Below are positions 56,383 through 64,000 of a stretch of DNA of 64,000 bases, in pieces. Origin of the DNA: an uncultured Planctomycetota bacterium (lineage in GTDB: Bacteria > Planctomycetota > Planctomycetia > Pirellulales > PNKZ01); assembly GCA_963708675.1 (NCBI GenBank), contig CAVPTO010000003.1:1540719-1604718 (forward strand). The letters are read 5' to 3'. Both the position numbers and the translations under genes were made by a program. Below the pieces are notes generated by a model. The model searched no databases. It saw only the letters and a program-made list of their open reading frames with translations, and had not been told where the DNA came from. Numbering within the stretch: the stretch's first letter is position 1; each line of letters begins with the position of its first letter.

Positions 56383-58341
56383 ATGCAACGCCGCGACTTT
56401 TTGGCCTCTTTGGGCTTTAGTGGTTACAGCCTGATCGTTCTCGCTGACGGCGAGTCAGCCGTCGAAGCCGCCGAGGTTTCGACCGAGCAAATGCGGAAGG
56501 AGTTTGCCAAGTTGGCGCCTCCCGACGGAGCCCGCCAATCGACGCCTCGCGAGCCGCACATGGCGCAGGTCGATCTGGAATGCGATCTGTTCGTCGCCGG
56601 CGGCGGCATGGCCGGCGTCTGTGCCGCGGTCGCCGCAGCCCGCAATGGCGCGAAGGTCGTCCTCGTGCAAGACCGCTCGCGCTTGGGCGGGAACGCAAGC
56701 AGCGAAGTCAAAATGCACATTGTTGGCGCGAACCATCACAAAGGCCGTCCCGGCTGGCGCGAAGGCGGCCTGATCGAAGAGTTCCGGCTCGAAGATGCGG
56801 TCAACAATCCGCAGCGCTGTTGGGAGCTTTGGGACTTGCTGCTCTACGACAAGTGCGTGAGCGAGCCGAACATCACGCTGCTGCTCGACACGACGTTGTT
56901 TGCAATCGAAATGGACGGCGACAAGATCGCGACCGCTTACGCGCGTTGCGACAAGAGCGAGCACGTTTATCGCATCAAGTCGAAGATCTACATGGACGCG
57001 ACCGGCGACAGCCGCTTGGCGCTCGAGGCCGGCGCCGAGATGCGTTACGGGCGCGAGTCGCGAGCCGATTATGGCGAGCCGTTGGCGCCTGTTGAAAAAG
57101 ACAAGGAGACGATGGGTTCGAGCATCCTTTTCACTTCGCGGAAACACGATAAGCCGATGCCCTTCACGCCGCCGAAGTGGGCTCGCAACGTGAAGAAGGA
57201 GCATCTCGTCAAGCGCTCGATCCGCTCGTGGGAGTACGGCTACTGGTGGATCGAGTGGGGCGGTCAGCTCAACACGATTCACGACAACGAGCGCATTCGC
57301 TTCGAGCTGTTGTCGATCGTCATGGGCGTATGGAACTATATCAAGAACAGTGGCAACCATCCCGACGCCGCGAATTGGGCGCTCGACTGGGTCGGCATGA
57401 TTCCCGGCAAACGCGAGAGCCGCCGGGTGATCGGAGATCACGTGCTCACGCAATTCGACTTGATGAGCGGCGGCAGCAGCTTCGACGATTCGGTGTGCAT
57501 CGGTGGTTGGCCGATGGACGATCATCCGCCGGGCGGTTTCGACGCGGTCGAGCTCCCTCCGACGGTGATGGTCAAGACGCCGATCTACAACATTCCGCTG
57601 CGCACGATGTACAGCAGCAGCGTGAAGAACCTGATGATGGCCGGCCGCAACATCAGTGCGACGCACTCGGCATTCAGCTCGACGCGCGTGATGGCCACGT
57701 GCGCTGTCGTGGGCCAGGCCGCTGGCACCGCCGCTGCGCTGTGTACCCGCTACGGCATGTCGCCGGCCCAGTTGTATGCCGACAAGCAGAAGCTCGTCGA
57801 CTTACAACAGACGCTGTTGCGCGACGATCAAACCATCGCAGGCGTAATCAACGAGGACGTCCGCGATCTCGCCCGTTCGGCAAAGTTGTCGGCTTCCGCG
57901 GAAACGGCCGACGCACCGGTAAAGAACATCACCAACGGCACGACACGCGATATTCCGAACGAATCGATCAACCGCTGGAGTGCGGACCTCGGTGCCGACG
58001 GCGCGTGGCTGGAACTCGCATGGCCGAAGCCGCAAAAGATCGGCCAGGTGCAACTCACGTTCGACAGCGGCTTCCAACGTGAGCTGACGTTATCGTCCAG
58101 CGATGGCACGACGAAGGGAATCATTCGCGCCGCACAGCCCGAGACCGTGCGCGAATACACGCTCGAATATCGCGCCGAAAAGGACGGCGAGTGGAAGACG
58201 CTCGCCACGGTCAACGGCAACTATCAGCGCGTCGTGCGTCACACGTTCTCGCCCGTCGAAGCGCAGTCGCTTCGACTGAAGATCACCGCCACGAATGGCG
58301 ACAAGCTCGCGCGCGTGTTCGAAGTGCGCTGCTATGCATAG
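56383..58341 (+). CDS. Tat-signal FAD-dependent oxidoreductase with a C-terminal discoidin (F5/8 type C)-like domain, paralog 1
   Basis: MQRRDFLASLGFSG... is a Tat signal. CDLFVAGGGMAGVCAAVAAARNGAKVVLVQDRSRLGGN is a dinucleotide-binding fold. The C-terminus ...WLELAWPKPQKIGQVQLTFD...LRLKITATNGDKLARVFEVRCY is discoidin-like. Confidence 0.75.
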   Translation: MQRRDFLASLGFSGYSLIVLADGESAVEAAEVSTEQMRKEFAKLAPPDGARQSTPREPHMAQVDLECDLFVAGGGMAGVCAAVAAARNGAKVVLVQDRSRLGGNASSEVKMHIVGANHHKGRPGWREGGLIEEFRLEDAVNNPQRCWELWDLLLYDKCVSEPNITLLLDTTLFAIEMDGDKIATAYARCDKSEHVYRIKSKIYMDATGDSRLALEAGAEMRYGRESRADYGEPLAPVEKDKETMGSSILFTSRKHDKPMPFTPPKWARNVKKEHLVKRSIRSWEYGYWWIEWGGQLNTIHDNERIRFELLSIVMGVWNYIKNSGNHPDAANWALDWVGMIPGKRESRRVIGDHVLTQFDLMSGGSSFDDSVCIGGWPMDDHPPGGFDAVELPPTVMVKTPIYNIPLRTMYSSSVKNLMMAGRNISATHSAFSSTRVMATCAVVGQAAGTAAALCTRYGMSPAQLYADKQKLVDLQQTLLRDDQTIAGVINEDVRDLARSAKLSASAETADAPVKNITNGTTRDIPNESINRWSADLGADGAWLELAWPKPQKIGQVQLTFDSGFQRELTLSSSDGTTKGIIRAAQPETVREYTLEYRAEKDGEWKTLATVNGNYQRVVRHTFSPVEAQSLRLKITATNGDKLARVFEVRCYA

Positions 58342-58343
58342 TT

Positions 58344-58485
58344 CACGCAGCCAAACCCTTCTCCCTCCGGGAGAAGGTGGCCGAAGGCCGGATGAGGGCG
58401 GGTCGAAGTAGAATGCGACCGCTACTGCAACCCGCCCTCACCCGGCGGCTGCGCCGCCACCCTCTCCCAAAGGGAGAGGGGTTCG
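58344..58485 (+). repeat. multi-hairpin intergenic repeat, copy B
   Basis: Same architecture as copy A. The second stem covaries (GGCC/GGCC versus TCCGCC/GGCGGA). It lies between the two FAD-oxidoreductase paralogs. Confidence 0.85.
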
Positions 58486-58541
58486 ATCCAACCACTTAAT
58501 TAACTCCATCCCACAGAAGACAACTCACTAGGAATCAGATC

Positions 58542-60504
58542 ATGCAACGACGCGACTTCTTGGCGTCGCTCGGATTTGGCGGCTACAGCCTTCTTGTGTT
58601 CGCCGACGACGGACCTTCTGCCGTCGACGCCGCCGAAATCCCGAAGGACCAAATGCTTCGCGAGTTCGCGAGCATCGCGCCTCCCGACGGTAAGCGCATC
58701 GCGGCGCCGCACGAGCCGCACATGGCGCAGGTCGATCTGACGTGCGATGTGTTCATCGCCGGCGGCGGTATGGCAGGCGTGTGTGCCGCGGTCGCCGCTG
58801 CCCGCAACGGCGCCAAGGTCGTGCTCGTGCAAGATCGCTCGCGCTTGGGCGGCAACGCGAGCAGCGAAGTCAAAATGCACATCGTCGGCGCGAACTCGCG
58901 CAACCCTGGATGGCGCGAAGGCGGCCTGATCGAAGAATTCCGTCTCGACGACGCGGCCAACAATCCGCAGCGCTGCTGGGAGCTGTGGGATCTGCTGCTG
59001 TACGACAAGTGTGTGAGCGAGCCGAACATTACGCTGCTGCTCGATACGGTGCTCTTCGCAGTCGACAAGAAGGACGACGCGATCACCGCCGCCTACGCGC
59101 GTTGCGACAAGAGCGAACATATCTATCGAATCACGTCGAAAATCTACATGGACGCGACGGGCGATAGCCGCCTGGCGTTGGAAGCCGGCGCCGAGATGCG
59201 TTACGGCCGCGAGTCGCGCAGCGAGTTCGGTGAGCCGCTGGCTCCTGTCGAAAAAGACAAGGAGACGATGGGCTCGAGCATCCTTTTCACGTCGCGCGAT
59301 TACGGCAAGCCGATGCCTTTCACGCCGCCGAAGTGGGCTCGCAAGGTGACCAAGGAACATCTGCACAAGCGCAGCACCAAGTCGTGGGAGTACGGCTACT
59401 GGTGGATCGAATGGGGCGGGCAGCTCAACACCGTCCGCGACAACGAACGCATTCGCTTCGAGTTGTTGTCGATCGTGATGGGCGTGTGGGATTACATCAA
59501 AAACAGCGGCGATCATCCCGACAGTGCGAACTGGGCGCTCGATTGGGTCGGCATGATTCCCGGCAAGCGCGAGAGTCATCGCCTGATCGGCGACCATCTG
59601 CTCACGCAGTTCGACCTCATGGCTGGCGGCGCCAGCTTCGACGACGCGGTCTGCATCGGCGGTTGGCCGCTCGACGATCATCCTCCGGGTGGTTTCGACG
59701 CCAGCGACATTCCGCCGAACGTGGCGATCACCGTCCCGCCGTTCAACATGCCGCTGCGCTCGATGTACAGCCGGAACGTTAAGAACCTGATGATGGCCGG
59801 CCGCAACATTAGTGCGACGCACGCGGCCTTTAGCTCGACCCGCGTGATGGCGACTTGCGCGGTCGTCGGCCAGGGGGCGGGCACCGCGGCCGCGTTCTGC
59901 GCACGGTACGGCGTGTCGCCGCGCGAGTTGGCTGCGGACAAGAAAAAGGTCGCTGAGCTGCAACAGACGCTCGTGCGCGACGATCAGAACGATCCTCAAT
60001 GTCGTCAACGACGACACTCTCGACCTCGCTCGCGAGGCGAAAGTTACCGCGTCGGCCGAGGAAAGCGAATCGCCTGCCGCGAACATGATCAACGGCGTGA
60101 CGCGCGACATTCCGAAAGTTTCGATCAATCGCTGGAGCACCGAGCTGACCGGCGAAGGAGCGTGGCTGGCATTGGAGTGGAAGAAGCCACAAAAGATCGG
60201 CCAGGTACAACTGACGTTCGACACCGGCCTCGGTCGGTTCCTCACGCTCACGTCGCAGGACAATTACAACAGCCGCATGATTCGCGGCGTGCAACCCGAG
60301 ACCGTGCGCGACTACACGCTTGAGTATCGCACCGAAAGGGACGGCGACTGGAAGACGCTCGCCACCGTCAACGGCAACTACCAGCGCATGGTGCGTCACA
60401 CATTCGAGCCCGTGAAGGCGCAGGCCATGCGCCTGAACATCACGGCGACCAACGGCGACAAGCTGGCCCGCGTGTTTGAAGTGCGCTGCTATCCATCGTC
60501 GTAG
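58542..60504 (+). pseudogene. FAD-dependent oxidoreductase/discoidin paralog 2 with an apparent 1-nt insertion at about 59987
   Basis: ORF 58542.. reads ...LVRDDQNDPQCRQ... (nonsense), while the other frame reads TILNVVNDDTLDLAREAKVTASAE...MINGVTRDIPK...ARVFEVRCY. That is collinear with paralog 1 (DDQTIAGVINEDVRDLARSAK...). Deleting one A from CAGAACG restores the frame. Confidence 0.8.
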
Positions 60505-60726
60505 TGAGCACAATTCCGCTCCGCTCCGCGGAACGGTCAAGCACATATCAATGTAGACGCAGGAGGACTGCAAAGTCGACGAGAAGCGTCGTAACTCGAA
60601 GAACGATGGTAAAGGCTTGCCTCTTCGCGGCGGCACTTGTGAGCACGACCGTCGGCTTTGCAGTCCACCTGCAATGTAGAAGCGTGATTGCCGCGATCGA
60701 CCGCCGCATTGGCTACAATGTTTGAC

Positions 60727-61020
60727 ATGTCGGAGCGCCCAACCGGAATCGAGCGAGGCATCGAGGCTGCACGGCGCAACCGGCTACCGACGTGGGTGCT
60801 GTTGCTGCTTCTGGCGCTGTCGATCGCGCTGGGCGCCTTGTTCGCCGGCATACGTGGCGGTTCGATCATTCTGCCCGAGACGGCTGCGAACGCGGCGAGG
60901 CTCGCGATCTTCTGGACTTTGATTGTCTCGGTGTTTGTCGCCTGGCGCCGACGCATCACGCTCGGCGAGATGCTGGTCATTGTCGCCGGCTACGCGATTG
61001 CGATGGGCATCGCGAGATGA
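60727..61020 (+). CDS. small membrane protein
   Basis: MSERPTGIERGIEAARRNRLPTWVLLLLLALSIALGALFAG... plus two further TM segments. Confidence 0.45.
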   Translation: MSERPTGIERGIEAARRNRLPTWVLLLLLALSIALGALFAGIRGGSIILPETAANAARLAIFWTLIVSVFVAWRRRITLGEMLVIVAGYAIAMGIAR

Positions 61021-61080
61021 CCGTGGCTTCGTGCTTCTGTTCCTGCGCGTCGCGTCGCAGTAAGCTGACGAATCATTCGA

Positions 61081-61154
61081 GCGCCCGTAGCTCAACTGGA
61101 TAGAGCAGCGGACTTCTAATCCGCAGGTTACAGGTTCGATTCCTGTCGGGCGTA
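61081..61154 (+). tRNA. tRNA-Arg (anticodon UCU)
   Basis: Acceptor GCGCCCG/CGGGCGT, D-arm GCTC-AACTGGATA-GAGC, anticodon arm GCGGA-CTTCTAA-TCCGC, T-arm ACAGG-TTCGATT-CCTGT. Confidence 0.85.
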
Positions 61155-61206
61155 ATGAGTTACGTCGATTGATAATGGTCGACAGTAAATAAACCGTCCA
61201 TCGCCA

Positions 61207-62343
61207 TCAGCCTGAGGCGGTTTTCAGGAACTCGGGAACGTACACCTGATCGGCGCTCTTCTTCATCTTGTCCGCCAGCCCGATGTAACGCAGCGTTGTC
61301 GTGAACGACTTGTGCCGCATCTTCTTCTGCAGGACGGCCGCGGGCAGCCGCTCGGCGTTCAGCGTCGCATAGCCCCGCCTGAGGGCATGGAAGCCATAGT
61401 AATCGCAAGCGTCCGTGCATTCGTGCTCGCGGGCACGTTGGCACACCAACTTGACGCCGGCCGCTTTCTGGATTCGCTTGAACTCGTCCCATAGCAGGCG
61501 GTCGTTGTGCGGCCACTCAAATACGAACGTGCCAAAGCCGGCCACCAACTTGACCAGCTCTAGCGCCGCGGGCGGCAGATAGTCCATGTCGTCCCGACTG
61601 CCCTTGTTATCGGCAGCGCGTGTCGTGATGGCGCCGGTCGTTCGGTCGAAGTCATCTCGTCGAAATGAGAGAATCTCGTCGATGCGCCAGCCCGTGGTAA
61701 TAGCGAACGTCAGCAGCCCCCGCCACCAGTCGCCATGAGCGCACGCCAGCCCGCGGGGCATCGTCGCGTTGTCGCACGCCTCATAGATCGCCTGGAAGTG
61801 CTCAGGCGTAATGACGGCACCGATGCGCTGGTCCTCGCGGAGCTTTCGCAACTTCGGCACCACGGGCAAGTAGCCCCATTCGTGCGCAATGCGCAGGATC
61901 GACTTCAGATGTCGCAGCTCTCGGTTGATCGTCGCTGGCGAAACCTTCGACTTCGGTTTCTTGCCATCCTCGGTCTGGCGCACGGCAACGTAGTTGTCGA
62001 TGTCTTGAGTGCGGATCGTGCCCGCCTTGGCTGGCTTCACGATGCGCTCGAAGTGCTCAATCGCAGACTCGGTCACGCGCTGCGTCCGCGGTGCTTGTCG
62101 AGGGAGAATCTTCGCTTTGTATTCGATGACGAAGTCCGCCCACGACTTCCGACACACCGACTGATATGAGCCGGCCGCTAGTTCGCCCTCGACCTTGCGT
62201 TGAAACTTCTCGGCCATGCTACGCGAGCCCACGCGCTTGGTCGTCTTGCGCCCTGTTGGCTCAAACCACCCGACGGACCACGCGGCCTTGTCGCCGAGCT
62301 TCTGCTTCTGCTTGTGATCTTGGAATAACCATGCCTTGCTCAT
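61207..62343 (-). CDS. tyrosine-type site-specific integrase (phage integrase family) adjacent to tRNA-Arg
   Basis: ...TGWRIDEILSFRRDDF...GFHALRRGYATL...MRHKSFTTTLRYI carries the R..HxxR..Y catalytic pattern. ATG at 62343. It lies 53 nt from the tRNA-Arg 3' end. Confidence 0.85.
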   Translation of the reverse strand: MSKAWLFQDHKQKQKLGDKAAWSVGWFEPTGRKTTKRVGSRSMAEKFQRKVEGELAAGSYQSVCRKSWADFVIEYKAKILPRQAPRTQRVTESAIEHFERIVKPAKAGTIRTQDIDNYVAVRQTEDGKKPKSKVSPATINRELRHLKSILRIAHEWGYLPVVPKLRKLREDQRIGAVITPEHFQAIYEACDNATMPRGLACAHGDWWRGLLTFAITTGWRIDEILSFRRDDFDRTTGAITTRAADNKGSRDDMDYLPPAALELVKLVAGFGTFVFEWPHNDRLLWDEFKRIQKAAGVKLVCQRAREHECTDACDYYGFHALRRGYATLNAERLPAAVLQKKMRHKSFTTTLRYIGLADKMKKSADQVYVPEFLKTASG

Positions 62344-62568
62344 TGGCTGCTGCCTTTCGTGCTGAGAACTGAAAACCGAACTCGTAGAACGCACCAGAAT
62401 CGCCCCGCGACGCCTCGAACGTGTCTGAATACGTCCGAGGCGCGAGGGGCTTAAATCGCGTCTCACGCGTTTCGCCCGTAGGCCCCGAAGCAACGGCCTG
62501 ACACTACCCAGGCCGTCACCCCGAGGCTTTCGCAACGGCCCGGTTCACACGGGTCGTCACGTCGGGCG

Positions 62569-62769
62569 CTACGCTCTCACCTCTCTCTTGTGCTGTTGCT
62601 GACCGATCGCCAATGCCAAGCACTTCATCCCGCACTCATCGCGAACGCTTTGGAGTTCCATCGTCTTGCAATCGTCGTCGACGAAACCAGCGATATAGGT
62701 CAGGTAAAGCTCGTCGGGCGCGTTCTCCGCGATGACAAGTACGCGGTTGCGCTTGCATTCGACCTTCAT
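62569..62769 (-). CDS. small island-encoded hypothetical protein
   Basis: 66 aa. Its start overlaps the stop of the upstream recombinase gene by 4 nt, which suggests translational coupling. Confidence 0.4.
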   Translation of the reverse strand: MKVECKRNRVLVIAENAPDELYLTYIAGFVDDDCKTMELQSVRDECGMKCLALAIGQQQHKREVRA

Positions 62770-63971
62770 GCAGCACCGCCTTTCGTGACGTTCAGCGTGG
62801 GAAGACGATCAGCAGCGGTCGCCCGCGTGATCTTCGTCCGGTCGATGTAATGCCGGCGTGTTACGGCGGTCGACGTGTGACCCATTGCCTCGGCAGCAGC
62901 ATCGTCGCCAGCCGCAACCGCGATCGCCGTGCAGACCGTTTTGCGGATCGTGTGAAAGCGCCCGTAGTCGGGAACCTCGGCACGCTTGATGCAATCGCCG
63001 AGCACGGCGTTCAGTTGCTTCCACTGGCGAGCCCCACGATCGAATGGCCAATCGCCGAACAGGTGCTCACGCTCGCCCCATATCTTCTGAACGGCTCGGA
63101 TCGCTTGCGGCGACAACTTCGCGGTGCGTTCCTCGGACGTCTTCGTTTCGATCGACGAGACGAATCCCGAACGCATCGAAACGTGATCGCACCGCAGACG
63201 CATGACGGTCGAGATGCGCCAGCCGGTGGACCAGCAGACCAGCAGCAGCGCCGTAAACCACTCGCTACGCTTCCACGGCCCGATCTGGCCGGTCAATCCA
63301 TCGGCAGCCCACAGCACGCGCTCGAACTCGGCCAGATGCCACGCACGCGGCTGCAATCGCGTAGCCTTTGGCCGAGGTATCTCGTCGATGTCGACGGTGG
63401 TGAGCTTTCGACGCTTGGCCAGCGAGAGCACGGCACAGATAGACCGCCGATGGGCTAGAGCCGTGACCAGCTTCGAACCACCACCCGTGAGCCACACGAA
63501 GTATTGGCCCATCGTCTCCGGCGTCACATTGTCGAACGTGTCGGCCTTGCCGGCGAGCAGGCAGAACATCCTGAACTTATGCAGCGCACTTGCGTAGGTT
63601 TCGCACGTGGCCGGAGTGAGCATGCGCACCGAACAGTAGACCTGCTGGAAGAACGCCATCAGCCCTTTGCTCGGGTCGAATGAATCTGCGGCCGTCGGCG
63701 CGAGCTTCACCGCGATCGCTTTCATCCATTCGCGATCTTCAAGGGCTTTCGAAACCGCCGCTTGCTTGGCGCGTGCAACGGATGTTCGCCAGAGTGCTGA
63801 ATGCCGTCGCCGGTCGTCGTGCAGTGCGCTCGCGGATATGCCGAGTGCATCGGCTGCGGATTTCAGTGTGCCACCTGCACCGAGCACCGCGGCTGCGACC
63901 TTGATGCGATTAGCGACTCGTGGTGACGGCTGGCGACACTTTCGCTGTCTCGGAGTGGGGTGCTTTCTCAT
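62766..63971 (-). CDS. second tyrosine recombinase with an N-terminal HTH-like region
   Basis: ...STGWRISTVMRLRCDHV...GRFHTIRKTVCTAI...GHTSTAVTRRHYI carries the R..HxxR..Y pattern. The N-terminus has GTLKSAADALGISASALHD (HTH-like). Confidence 0.8.
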   Translation of the reverse strand: MRKHPTPRQRKCRQPSPRVANRIKVAAAVLGAGGTLKSAADALGISASALHDDRRRHSALWRTSVARAKQAAVSKALEDREWMKAIAVKLAPTAADSFDPSKGLMAFFQQVYCSVRMLTPATCETYASALHKFRMFCLLAGKADTFDNVTPETMGQYFVWLTGGGSKLVTALAHRRSICAVLSLAKRRKLTTVDIDEIPRPKATRLQPRAWHLAEFERVLWAADGLTGQIGPWKRSEWFTALLLVCWSTGWRISTVMRLRCDHVSMRSGFVSSIETKTSEERTAKLSPQAIRAVQKIWGEREHLFGDWPFDRGARQWKQLNAVLGDCIKRAEVPDYGRFHTIRKTVCTAIAVAAGDDAAAEAMGHTSTAVTRRHYIDRTKITRATAADRLPTLNVTKGGAA

Positions 63972-64000
63972 GCGTCGCCCCCTTTCAACTCGGGCAGCAC

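Noticed and set aside
61207-63971. Tyrosine recombinases as the missing integron integrase for the 42.6-49.2 kb array
   Set aside because: They are 12 kb away, on the far side of core genes, and one abuts tRNA-Arg in a classic island-integrase arrangement. I cannot see an IntI-specific extra domain by eye. A profile search is needed to exclude it formally.

Overview
This is a high-GC bacterial chromosomal segment. By inference it looks most like a planctomycete (Pirellulales-like). The clues are a giant Cys-rich YTV-repeat secreted protein, a sulfatase plus GH2 pair, several Tat-signal Gfo/Idh/MocA and xylose-isomerase-like TIM-barrel proteins, and small proteins with an N-terminal 'RFSLR/LLLL' membrane anchor.

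Backbone genes:
- prkA-yeaH-spoVR stress operon, queG, gluQ, fliW-csrA, an MqnA/MqnD-family gene, rpiB
- a Sua5(YrdC)-LMW-phosphatase fusion plus a second full Sua5, mnmA
- an SPFH/zinc-ribbon pair, rex, a hicBA module next to tRNA-Gln
- trpF, ahcY, a DUF1015 gene, parS-parA-parB, a marR-pirin pair, uvrC, apbE
- two tandem FAD-oxidoreductase/discoidin paralogs
- four tRNAs: Gln-UUG, Pro-UGG, Leu-UAG, Arg-UCU

The most interesting region is 42.6-49.2 kb. It is visibly more AT-rich and holds a same-strand array of small ORFs of unknown function. A conserved, structured repeat of about 100-125 bp separates them. Its ends look like integron attC R''/R' boxes (GCCTAAC...GTTAGGC) and its inner stem covaries between copies. 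I flag this as a candidate integrase-less cassette array. The competing reading is a portable promoter/leader repeat, because the core also carries a TTGGCT-N18-TACAAT motif and one copy sits upstream of tRNA-Leu. An IS3-family element has inserted into one repeat copy.

Other accessory signals:
- an island starting at tRNA-Arg with two tyrosine recombinases, running off the right edge of the window
- two families of intergenic palindromic repeats

At least eight conserved genes, including parB and yeaH, carry single-nucleotide frameshifts. This points to indel errors in the assembly rather than real gene decay, but I cannot prove that from the sequence alone.
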